Shown piece after piece: positions 18,630 to 27,151 of a DNA stretch of 37,068 nt. A program made the position numbers and the translations under genes. The stretch covers positions 1 to 37,068 of the forward strand of contig JAWBRA010000016.1 of the NCBI GenBank assembly GCA_038844785.1, read 5' to 3'. Below the pieces are notes generated by a model that was not told where the DNA came from, made no database searches, and saw nothing but the letters and a program-made list of their open reading frames with translations. How positions within the stretch are numbered: position 1 is the stretch's first letter; the number at the start of each line of letters is the position of its first letter. Origin of the DNA: Candidatus Caldarchaeum sp. Its GTDB lineage: Archaea; Thermoproteota; Nitrososphaeria_A; Caldarchaeales; Caldarchaeaceae.

Positions 18630-19627
18630 GCTCTCATCCTCCTTATCGTCCTCATCTGCTTGAAAGTCTCCTCCCAGCTGCCTGTCTCCGCCCTCAGCGC
18701 CCTGCCCGTGTACTCGAGAAAAACCTCGTCCAATGTCGGCTTCTTCATAACTATCCTGCCTACCCTGACTCCTGTTTTCAACAGCGTCTCAAGCAGCGTC
18801 GGCAGTTTTTCCTCACCGTTGTCCACGGTCAGCCTGTAGACTCCGTCGGCGAAGACCGTTTTCTCCACACCCTCCACCTTGTTCAACAGTGTTATAATGT
18901 CGTGGCCCGCTCCGTCAGTTATCTCCAGCTCGATTATGCTGCCGCCCAGGCTTGCTTTGAGGTTTGCAGGCGTGTCGAGGGCTTTTATCTTCCCATGGTC
19001 TATTATCGCTATCCTGTCGCAGAGAAAGTCGGCCTCATCCATGTAATGGGTTGTCAGGAAAACAGTCATCCCCAGCTCCTTCCTAAGCCGTTTGATGTAA
19101 TCCCATATGGCGGCCCTTGTCTGGACGTCCAGCCCAAGCGTCGGCTCGTCGAGGAAAAGTATCTCAGGGTTGTGGATGAGGCCTGCTGCGAGCTCAAGCC
19201 TTTTTCTCATGCCGCCCGAGTATGTTTCAACCTTTCTCTTCGCCGCGTCCATGAGTCCGACCAGCTCCAACACCTCAGCAGCCTTTTTTCTCGCCTCGTG
19301 CTTGGGGATGTGGTAGAGGCCTGCCTGAAGCATGAGGTTCTCCCAGCCTGTGAGCTCGTCGTCAACGGTTAGGTCTTGAGGCACGAGTCCGACAACTCTT
19401 CTTACTTTCTCAGCCTGAGTAACCACGTCGTAGCCGCCGACGACAGCCCTGCCCGACGTAGGTCTGAGCAGCGTTGTGAGTATGTTTATCGTTGTTGTTT
19501 TGCCGGCACCGTTGGGACCGAGGAAGCCGAACAGCTCGCCCTCGCGGACGCTCAGCGAAACCCTGTCGACGGCCACAAGCTTTCCGAAAACTTTGACCAA
19601 ATCCTCGGCTACTATGGCTTCAGTCAT
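18626..19627 (-). CDS. ABC exporter ATP-binding protein (DrrA-like)
   Basis: GPNGAGKTT, YSGGMRKRL, LFLDEPT, TTHYM and PTLDEVFL motifs. Confidence 0.94.
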   Translation of the reverse strand: MTEAIVAEDLVKVFGKLVAVDRVSLSVREGELFGFLGPNGAGKTTTINILTTLLRPTSGRAVVGGYDVVTQAEKVRRVVGLVPQDLTVDDELTGWENLMLQAGLYHIPKHEARKKAAEVLELVGLMDAAKRKVETYSGGMRKRLELAAGLIHNPEILFLDEPTLGLDVQTRAAIWDYIKRLRKELGMTVFLTTHYMDEADFLCDRIAIIDHGKIKALDTPANLKASLGGSIIELEITDGAGHDIITLLNKVEGVEKTVFADGVYRLTVDNGEEKLPTLLETLLKTGVRVGRIVMKKPTLDEVFLEYTGRALRAETGSWEETFKQMRTIRRMRA

Positions 19628-20109
19628 CTCAAAGTCAGCTCCGCCAGCTTTTTCCTCGCCTCCTCCAGGATGGCCGTAGCCTCCCGCAGCTTCTCCTCGT
19701 TTCCCTCAGTCCACAGGATCATCAGCGTTTGAGCCAGCTTCCTGCCAGCCATGAAGAGCTGGGTTTTCTCAGAGTCCATCAGCTGGTGGCATGATTTCAT
19801 AAGCTTGTCGACGCTCTCACGCCTATCCTGCAGGAACTTCAACCCCTGCTCGGTGATGCTGTAAACACGTTTACCGTTGTCCTGCACGACTTTAACGTAT
19901 CCTTCATCCTCGAGCCACTGGAGGGTTGGATAAACCGCTCCAGGGCTGGGCTCGTAAAGACCGCCGAAAGCCCTGCTGATCTCCTTGGCGACCTCGTAGC
20001 CGTGCATCGGCCTTTTTTTGAGGGCTTCGAGGATTAGCAGGCGTATGTCTCCCCTCCCCAGCCGCGTCCACAGGCCTCTCCAGGGTCCTGGCTTTCCGCC
20101 GCATATCAT
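19624..20109 (-). CDS. PadR family transcriptional regulator
   Basis: PMHGYEV, PSPGAVYPTLQWLEDEG and YSITEQG motifs; ATG 20109 chosen because a TTTAAATA box lies about 25 nt upstream. Confidence 0.88.
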   Translation of the reverse strand: MICGGKPGPWRGLWTRLGRGDIRLLILEALKKRPMHGYEVAKEISRAFGGLYEPSPGAVYPTLQWLEDEGYVKVVQDNGKRVYSITEQGLKFLQDRRESVDKLMKSCHQLMDSEKTQLFMAGRKLAQTLMILWTEGNEEKLREATAILEEARKKLAELTLR

Positions 20110-20135
20110 GATATATCGTGAGATATCCCGATATT
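20107..20135. promoter_or_regulatory. Putative PadR operator
   Basis: Near-palindrome CATGATATATCGTG and repeated GATAT/ATATC units between the TATA box and the padR start. Confidence 0.45.
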
Positions 20136-20218
20136 TAAACATACGACAAACAAGACACAAAAACCCAGCCCAACAAAATAAAATAAACCTAAAACACATT
20201 ACAAATAAGGCGGAAAAA

Positions 20219-20333
20219 GCGGGGGTCGCCAAGCCTGGTCAAACATGCTCAGCACAAGCTGGGTAAGGCTAGCGGCGCAGGACTGAGGCTCCTGTCCCGA
20301 AGGGGTTCGTGGGTTCAAATCCCACCCCCCGCA
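20219..20333 (+). tRNA. tRNA-Leu(GAG) with a ~30-nt intron in the D-loop (about 20244-20273)
   Basis: Acceptor GCGGGGG/CCCCCGC+A, anticodon arm CAGGA-CTGAGGC-TCCTG, long variable arm, T arm GTGGG-TTCAAAT-CCCAC. Removing the insert restores GCCAAGCCTGGTCAAAGGCG. CCA is not encoded. Confidence 0.92.
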
Positions 20334-20380
20334 CACAACATTCTCTGAAGCGGCTTATAGCTGGACAAGGCGTCGCCCTG

Positions 20381-20800
20381 TCAGTCGCTGTATTCGGCGA
20401 AAAGCTTTTCCACATACATGTACGTCTGCTCCGCCATTTCAAACGCCTCCTCAGCCTCCGACCTCTCGAACACGAGGTCTGCAGGGGTCATCGAAAGCTC
20501 GTCACCATACATTGCCGGCTCCCTCTTTTCCGCTAATTTTATCGAGGCCTCCGCCAGCCTGTCGGCTGGAAACCATGCAGGAAACCTTTCTCTGAATTTT
20601 ATTAAAACCGAGCTTACGTCATGTTTTTTCGGATACTCTATTCCGAGAAGTCTTAGGGCGGCCTTCAACGCTAACTCGACGGCCTCCTGCGAGCTTCTGA
20701 TAGAGTAGGCTAAGCTTCCCTCTTTCAATTCTCTTCGAGCCGTCTCCAGCCTCCTTGCTGATTGGTTTAGGAGAGATCTTGCAACATCCACGTTTCTCAC
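20381..20800 (-). CDS. HEPN domain protein (putative toxin of an MNT-HEPN pair)
   Basis: SQEAVELALKA, PKKHDV and REPAMYG (Rx4Y) motifs. Confidence 0.9.
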   Translation of the reverse strand: MRNVDVARSLLNQSARRLETARRELKEGSLAYSIRSSQEAVELALKAALRLLGIEYPKKHDVSSVLIKFRERFPAWFPADRLAEASIKLAEKREPAMYGDELSMTPADLVFERSEAEEAFEMAEQTYMYVEKLFAEYSD

Positions 20801-21546
20801 AGCTCTATCACCTCTCCGACTTTTGCGTCAGGCTTCAAAACCCAGACCCATTCGTTCTCAGCCAACCATATCCTCGCGGCTCCAAGCGTCTTCATCTTCG
20901 CCTTAATTATTCCTGCTTCTTTCATGTATGTTCCATCGTCAACCACAACTATGCCTTCATCAACTACGTCGAGGATTATGGGAGGATGTTTCCGTAAAGT
21001 GGCGCTGCTCATGGGATGGAATGACAAGTGGGTGTATACGCCGTTGTTCTCCAACCATTCCAGCTCTTGGATAACCCTTGGCGAGTATTCAACTTCCACA
21101 AGCCTGTCGACCGCTTCCCCAAGGGATTTAAACATGTCTGAAACCACAAGCACGTCGACGTCGCTGTCTTTTTTTGCGTTGCCCCTAGCCACTGAGCCGA
21201 AAAGGATGAGGCTTCTGACGCCGACGTTGGCTTTCAGAAGCTCAACGCTGAAGATTCCAACCAGCCTACAGTATCTTTGCTGCGGTATTTTCTCGATGTT
21301 CCTCAACGCTCCGGCTAGGCTCAGTATGTAAACGTCTGGGTCGGCGAGCCTGTAAAACCATCCTCCAGCCCTTTTTTCGTGAACATAGACCGCGCCTGCT
21401 TTCCTCAGCCTTAACAACGCTATTCTTGCAGCACCCGTTTTCCCCACGAGTTCGGCTAAATCCCTAGATGTGAAGGCTTCAGCCCGGAACTTATGGTATA
21501 TCTTTGAATAAAGAATTCCAAGCCTTCTAGAAAGCCATACAGCCAT
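20797..21546 (-). CDS. Minimal nucleotidyltransferase (MNT) with N-terminal wHTH-like domain
   Basis: LFGSVARGNAKKDSDVDVLVV (GSx10DxD); overlaps the HEPN start. Confidence 0.88.
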   Translation of the reverse strand: MAVWLSRRLGILYSKIYHKFRAEAFTSRDLAELVGKTGAARIALLRLRKAGAVYVHEKRAGGWFYRLADPDVYILSLAGALRNIEKIPQQRYCRLVGIFSVELLKANVGVRSLILFGSVARGNAKKDSDVDVLVVSDMFKSLGEAVDRLVEVEYSPRVIQELEWLENNGVYTHLSFHPMSSATLRKHPPIILDVVDEGIVVVDDGTYMKEAGIIKAKMKTLGAARIWLAENEWVWVLKPDAKVGEVIEL

Positions 21547-21567
21547 CCGTTACGTAATCTGTAACGG
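21547..21567. promoter_or_regulatory. Putative operator of the MNT-HEPN operon
   Basis: Perfect IR CCGTTAC-N7-GTAACGG between the TATA box (21571-21577) and the ATG (21546). Confidence 0.55.
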
Positions 21568-21739
21568 TCATATATAAGGCGATGCCAGCCCGCAGCCAAC
21601 GCAAACCACAGGAAGCATGTAAAGGATGTTGGCAGAGCTTTATTGGCCAGGCTACGCCGTGAAGTTTCAGCGGCTTGTCAAGCAAGACGGCCACATGACT
21701 CTTGGATGGGCTTCCACTTCTTCAGTGGATGACGATGCT

Positions 21740-23179
21740 TCATTCTACGCAGCAGCTCATCCTTGTTAAGGGTCTGAGGAAGGCTTGGGCGCAGAGTTTG
21801 ACGGCTTCGGCGTACGTAGGGAAGACGTGGATGGTGTCGATGATATCTGCGATGGTTTTGCCATGTCTGACGTAGAGCGCTGCCTCTGTTACGTATTCGG
21901 CTGCGTACGGTGAAAGAACGTGCACGCCCAACACCTCGCCCGTCCCAGGCTTAACCACAATCTTAGCCAGGCCTTTTGCATCCGTCATCCTCGCTCTAGC
22001 GACATGCTCCAAGCCCACGACCCTGCAGGAGCATGCGCCAAACTTTTCCACAACCTCTCTCTCAGTCATCCCAACCGTTCCAACCTGAGGCTCGGTAAAC
22101 ACCACGGCGGGAACAGCGGTGTAATCCATCCTGGCCGAGCCCTCGGAGACTATGTTTGCGGCTGCGACCGCGCCTTCACGGGCTGAAAGGGTTTCAAGCA
22201 TCCATTTCTTTGATACGCAGTCGCCTGCGGCGTAGATGTATGGATTTGTCGTGCACATCGTTTCATCTACTTTTACGTAGCCGCGTCCATCAGTCGCCAC
22301 GCCAGCGTCTTCAAGGTTTAAACTGTCGGTGTTGGGAGTTCTGCCCGTCGCCAACAGCATGGCATCGAACTCGACGGTTTTGAGGCCCTCGCCGGTCACG
22401 ACCGTTGCACAGCCTTGTTCTCCACGCCGTGAAAGCTCCACCACCCTGCCTTTGGTTACGATTTTCATTCCCTCCTCCTCAAGCAGTGCCGCCAGCATCC
22501 TAGATATCTCAGGCTCGATGTTCGGCAGAATTCTGTCCAAGACCTCTACTAACGTGACCTGGCTGCCGAGCCTCTGCAGGGCTTGGCCGATCTCAAGCCC
22601 CACCGCTCCCCCGCCTATCAAAAGCGTCCTGTCGGGCAGACTGTCCAAACCCCATACGCTGTCGGTGGTGTAGTATCCGACTTCGTCAACCCCTTTGATA
22701 GAGGGTTTCGACGGCCTTGAGCCTACCGCTATCAAAGCTTTCCTGAACCTTATCTCCCGAGCCGTGTCTTCCGAGGCTATTTTGATGCCTTGCCCCGAGG
22801 TGAACGTAGCCCATCCCTCCACAAGCTCGACGTTGCCGTAGCTCCCTAGAACATTCTCATACTTTTCACGTCTCATGCTTTCCACGAAGCTGCGGAGCGC
22901 GTTCATCAGTTTTCTGAAGTCGAGGTCCGCTTTCCTAGGGCTGACACCGTCGAACAAAGCCGTCCGCGACAGATGATACTGTTTAGCGGCTTCGATGAGG
23001 TATTTTGAGGGAATGCATCCAACGTTTACGCATGTCCCGCCCAGCTTTCCAGCAGAGACCATCAAAATGCTCAAACGCCCGTCTGTGAGCTCGCTGGCTT
23101 TTATGGCTGCGGCGAAGCCCGCAGCCCCAGCACCCATGATGACAAGGTCGTAAACCTTCACATGGGTGTGTAAAGACAA
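21740..23179 (-). CDS. merA: Mercuric reductase (no NmerA domain)
   Basis: GAGAAG, GGTCVNVGCIPSK, HVFPTYAE and the C-terminal vicinal MSCCVE; start may be GTG 23161. Confidence 0.92.
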   Translation of the reverse strand: MSLHTHVKVYDLVIMGAGAAGFAAAIKASELTDGRLSILMVSAGKLGGTCVNVGCIPSKYLIEAAKQYHLSRTALFDGVSPRKADLDFRKLMNALRSFVESMRREKYENVLGSYGNVELVEGWATFTSGQGIKIASEDTAREIRFRKALIAVGSRPSKPSIKGVDEVGYYTTDSVWGLDSLPDRTLLIGGGAVGLEIGQALQRLGSQVTLVEVLDRILPNIEPEISRMLAALLEEEGMKIVTKGRVVELSRRGEQGCATVVTGEGLKTVEFDAMLLATGRTPNTDSLNLEDAGVATDGRGYVKVDETMCTTNPYIYAAGDCVSKKWMLETLSAREGAVAAANIVSEGSARMDYTAVPAVVFTEPQVGTVGMTEREVVEKFGACSCRVVGLEHVARARMTDAKGLAKIVVKPGTGEVLGVHVLSPYAAEYVTEAALYVRHGKTIADIIDTIHVFPTYAEAVKLCAQAFLRPLTRMSCCVE

Positions 23180-23224
23180 TCTTATTTAAAACTTATATCA
23201 GTGAAATAGCCGCAACACAGCCAG

Positions 23225-23764
23225 GTGATGCATCTGTCAGCAACAGAGCTCAACGGCTTGAGCTTGGAGAAGCTGAGGGAGGTTGTGAACCTAGTGGCGT
23301 CGCAGAAGGAGAAGGCTGAGGAGCTGAACGTGTGGAGGGCTAGAGTTAGATGGCTGGGCGGCTTCAAAGGCAGGGCTTACGTGAGAAACCACAGCTTCAT
23401 CATAGACGAGCCGGCTGACCTCGCCGGAGTCGACACAGCCCCCAACGCCGTCGAGTATGTCCTAGCAGCGTTAGGAGGCTGTTTGACGGTTGGCTTCGTC
23501 CTCAACGCAACCAAGAACAACATCAAGATAGACGCCCTGGAGGTAAGCTTGGAGGGAAGGATAGACAACATACTGACATTCCTGGGCCTTAGTGATGAAG
23601 GTCATCCTGGATACCGTGAGATAACGGCCAAGCTCTACGTGCGGGCGTCGGCAGACCAGAAGACGCTTGAAGAGGTTTGGAGGAAAACGGTTGAAACCTC
23701 GCCCGTGGGCAACACCCTCTCCAGAACCGTCAGGATAATTCCTCAGCTGTCTGTGGTGAGCTAG
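23225..23764 (+). CDS. OsmC/Ohr-like family protein (single Cys)
   Basis: DEPADLAGVDTAPNAVEYVLAALGGCL; TSPVGNTL in place of CPV. Confidence 0.85.
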   Translation: MMHLSATELNGLSLEKLREVVNLVASQKEKAEELNVWRARVRWLGGFKGRAYVRNHSFIIDEPADLAGVDTAPNAVEYVLAALGGCLTVGFVLNATKNNIKIDALEVSLEGRIDNILTFLGLSDEGHPGYREITAKLYVRASADQKTLEEVWRKTVETSPVGNTLSRTVRIIPQLSVVS

Positions 23765-23766
23765 TT

Positions 23767-24924
23767 TTGGAGCAAGCTTTCACTACAAGCGTTGTGGGAA
23801 GCTGGCCGAGGCCTTCATGGCTGCTTTCCGAGCTGAAGAGAAAGAATAAGGGCGAGATATCCTACGAAGAGTTTAGCGCCACAGCTGATGAAGCGGTTTT
23901 GCTTGCTGTAAAATATCAAGAGGACGCAGGGATAGATGTTTTGACCGACGGCGAGCAGCGCAGGGATAACTTCTACTCCTTCGTAGCAGACAAGCTTGAT
24001 GGGATAAAGCTGATGACCGTTGCAGAGGTAATGGACTATGTCGAAGACAGGTCGAGATATGAGCAGATGCTCAGAGCCTTGGACGTGCCTGCATTCGCTA
24101 TCAAAAGCCCTGTAGCCGTCGGCCCAATCAAGAAAAAACGGCCTATCGCATTGGATGAGCTCCAGTTCCTACGCAGCCACACAAAACATGAGGTGAAAAT
24201 ACCTCTTCCAGGGCCTTACATGCTGACGAGAGCCAGCTGGATAGACCCTGTCTCCAGATATGCTTACTGGGATAGGGATGAGCTGGCGAAAGAATACGTT
24301 AGGCTGCTGCGTGAGGAGATAATCCAGCTGAGGGATGCGGGTGCTTCGTTCATCCAGCTAGACGAGCCGACCCTGACCGAGGTTGTTTACGGGCAGGCGT
24401 CGAAACAAACCTTCATGTGCGCCGCCATCTTCTCGAAGATAGACCCTAAGGAAGAGCTGTCCTTCGCCACCGAGCTGATAAACAAAACAGTAAAAGGGGT
24501 TGACGGCGTAAGGCTGGGTGTTCACGTATGCAGAGGGAACTGGAGCACCCGCGAGGAATCGCTTCTGAAAGGAGACTACTCACCTTTAATCAGTTACTTC
24601 CAAGAGATGAAGGTTAAGCAGTTTGTCCTCGAGTTCGCCACACAGCGTGCGGGCGAGCTTTCCGTCTTCAAGGATGTTTCAGGAATTGAGGAGCTTGGGC
24701 TCGGCGTAGTCAACCCTAGGACGCAGGAGGTTGAAAGCGTTGAGACGATTGTCAGGAAAGCGGAGGAAGCGGTCAAATACTTCGACCCAGATAAAATCTT
24801 CCTCAACCCCGACTGCGGCTTCGGCACGTTCGCAGAATCACCGGTTAACACTCCGAAAACTGCCTTTAGAAAGCTAAAAGCCATGGCTGAAGCCGCCCAA
24901 ACCTTGAGGATGAATTACGGCTGA
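23767..24924 (+). CDS. Cobalamin-independent methionine synthase II family (single-barrel MetE-like) protein
   Basis: VGSWPRP, TDGEQRR, QLDEP, and Zn ligands in HVCRGN, LEFA and NPDCGFG. Confidence 0.88.
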   Translation: MEQAFTTSVVGSWPRPSWLLSELKRKNKGEISYEEFSATADEAVLLAVKYQEDAGIDVLTDGEQRRDNFYSFVADKLDGIKLMTVAEVMDYVEDRSRYEQMLRALDVPAFAIKSPVAVGPIKKKRPIALDELQFLRSHTKHEVKIPLPGPYMLTRASWIDPVSRYAYWDRDELAKEYVRLLREEIIQLRDAGASFIQLDEPTLTEVVYGQASKQTFMCAAIFSKIDPKEELSFATELINKTVKGVDGVRLGVHVCRGNWSTREESLLKGDYSPLISYFQEMKVKQFVLEFATQRAGELSVFKDVSGIEELGLGVVNPRTQEVESVETIVRKAEEAVKYFDPDKIFLNPDCGFGTFAESPVNTPKTAFRKLKAMAEAAQTLRMNYG

Positions 24925-24931
24925 CAGAAAT

Positions 24932-25763
24932 CTAAATAAGGCCCAGCCTGCGCTCAAGCTCTTTGTAAAGCTTCTTCCTTTCATGAAGCTCTCTTATGTC
25001 CGATGTTTTGACCACTCTGATCTCCTGCCTTATTTCATGGAAGGTGCCGCTGAGTAGTTGATCAGCCTTAGTTATGTCCTCCTCTCCAACAACCAAGAAT
25101 ATCTTGCTGTTCCAGATATCTCGAGCGTGTTTAAGCTTTGACAAAGCATGATAGAGGTCGCCTCCCACCTGCACTTCAAACACGTAGGTTGGGACGGCTC
25201 TCTCCAGCCTCCTCCAGACCACGTCAAGTCTAGCCCCATCCATGGTGTATTCAGCGTCTGAGACATATCCCTGCAACCTACCTATCTCCACCAGCATCGC
25301 CTTTATCTGTTCATGAAGGTCTTGGGACGGATGTAGTGTGGAGGGCTGCTGTTTTGGTTTAAGTTGTTCAACAACTTTTTCCACCTCATCACGCTGTTTC
25401 AAAAGCTGAAAACCAGTACGAGCACTGTTCCTGACGTATTTTGTCACAATCTTAGATTCTCTCCATTTATCCTGTGGCAGTAGATAGTCGACGTCAAACT
25501 CAAACCTGTAGGGCCAGATAACCCTGTTCTCCTTAACCTCCAGAGGCCAGAGCGTTTATCCTGCTTAAACTTTGCACGTATGGTGCCGTATCCAACTACC
25601 CCTACTACAGGCTTGTTAACATACATGAGGGTTTTATCTCCTTCTTGAATTTTTCCCATCTGCTGGCTAGGATCTGTCTAAGACCCCAAATCCCCCCAAA
25701 AGCTAGGGCGGTCTGCCAGTTATCTGGGTCGCCTGCGACAATCCAATACCTTTGCACAAACAT
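24932..25763 (-). pseudogene. EVE-domain / PD-(D/E)XK-like nuclease fusion disrupted by two frameshifts
   Basis: Three overlapping ORFs join into one after adding 1 nt near 25652 and 1 nt near 25553: YWIVAG..NW..GIWG..IQEGD..MY..VVGYG..LWP..WPYRF (EVE) followed by LHEQIK..EY..LDVVW..FEVQ (nuclease). Confidence 0.78.
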
Positions 25764-25874
25764 GTTCCGCTTAAGAGGGCTATAAAGGTTGTATCTGCGC
25801 TGGGATCCCTCGAAACCTGAGGACGATGAGCATCCTCCGAAAACGTTTTTTAACCATCTGGCAAGGCTACATCC

Positions 25875-26225
25875 ATGCATGTCGTAAACACCGCCGACGT
25901 TTTGTTTGAACAGTTCAGCGAGAGAGGCGCTAAGAACACGTTGAGGAAGACTCTTGTTAGCGGCAAGGATGGCTCGAAACTGTTCAGGCTTAGATACTAT
26001 TGCATAGAGCCGCAGGGCCAGACGCCTTTCGACATCCACGACTACGAACACGTCGTCATAGTTGTGAGGGGCAGGGGCACCGTGCTCTCAAAAGATGGGG
26101 AAACACCACGGCTCTACCAAGTGAAGCAGGGAGACGTCATATACATACGTTCAAGAGAGCCGCACCAGTTCATAAACACAGGTGGGGAAAAACTGGAGTT
26201 CTACTGCTTCAGCACCACTCTCTGA
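25875..26225 (+). CDS. Cupin domain protein
   Basis: TPFDIHDYEH and GDVIYIRSREPHQFINTG cupin motifs. Confidence 0.85.
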   Translation: MHVVNTADVLFEQFSERGAKNTLRKTLVSGKDGSKLFRLRYYCIEPQGQTPFDIHDYEHVVIVVRGRGTVLSKDGETPRLYQVKQGDVIYIRSREPHQFINTGGEKLEFYCFSTTL

Positions 26226-26320
26226 ACGTTCTCAGAGACAAAAAACCTTCCAATCCAGCAACCGTTCACGACATTCTGGTGTAACCTATAAAAAGAAACA
26301 CAGCCCATCTTCCACGAAGC

Positions 26321-27022
26321 ATGGCAAAGCCTTATACCACCAAAAACCTTGACGACAGGGCTTTGGCTATACAGTCTCTTTTCAAAAACCTCAGCTACAT
26401 CGAGGCTTTCGAGGTTTCAGCACGTTCAACGGCTTTACTCTCAGACGAAGCTTTCAACATAGGGCTTCTTCCAGCAAGGTACGTTGCTGAAGATAGCGGG
26501 CATCTCAAAACCTTCGCTGAATCGTTTCCCGAGAACCAGGGATGGGTTAGCGAAGACCTTCTCTACTCCCTGCGAACGGTTATGGGAAGCGGGAGACCGG
26601 CCATGGCCGAGCTGGCCCACCTGCTGGTCGTCGAGCCGGCTGTGCAAGCCATAGCTGAAACACTCTCCTCAAAACCGGTGTCGCATCAGAGTTTGCTGAA
26701 AAAACTGGCTGAGGATGAGGCAGGTCACCTGAAGCTGGCGGAAGCCCTCGCCCCCTCAGCAAGGAAGTACGACAGAGAGTTTGCGGAGTTTGTGGAGGAA
26801 AACGGGCTGCTGCTTTATTCGACGGTGTTTCCATCGGAGGAGGGGAAGACGATGCTACTCACAGCCATGGGAGAGGACGAAAACAACCGCCAACAGCTTA
26901 TGAAAATCTACACTCAGGCCGACAGGCTGCGGGCTGAAAACACCGAGAAGGTGTTCGGCAGCTTCTCCGAGGCTTTGAAGGCCGTTAAAAACTACGGGCT
27001 GGCTAAAACAGGTCTGTGCTGA
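26321..27022 (+). CDS. Hypothetical ferritin-like (diiron-carboxylate) protein
   Basis: Helical composition; EDSGH and DEAGH motifs, each preceded by a helix Glu (YIEAF, VVEPA); TATA box upstream. Confidence 0.55.
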   Translation: MAKPYTTKNLDDRALAIQSLFKNLSYIEAFEVSARSTALLSDEAFNIGLLPARYVAEDSGHLKTFAESFPENQGWVSEDLLYSLRTVMGSGRPAMAELAHLLVVEPAVQAIAETLSSKPVSHQSLLKKLAEDEAGHLKLAEALAPSARKYDREFAEFVEENGLLLYSTVFPSEEGKTMLLTAMGEDENNRQQLMKIYTQADRLRAENTEKVFGSFSEALKAVKNYGLAKTGLC

Positions 27023-27151
27023 AAGCCGGCTGTAAAACCCATCCGCCAACATGACGTGTGAAAACGCTACAACCCCTCTTTGCTAGAAAAAGCTGGCGGT
27101 TATCGTTATAAGCCGGCCTGAAGGAGTTGTAGTAGTTGAAGGAGCTAGGCA

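Noticed and set aside
16550-18839. Long antisense ORFs (e.g. 16550-17245, 18141-18839)
   Set aside because: Shadow frames of well-supported genes, with no motifs
20110-20232. N-terminal extension of PadR in the ORF track
   Set aside because: Runs through the promoter region into the tRNA; ATG 20109 fits the TATA spacing better
25795-25845. CTGA..GATGA..CCGA, resembling a C/D box sRNA
   Set aside because: No clear 5' C box and the guide spacing is too short
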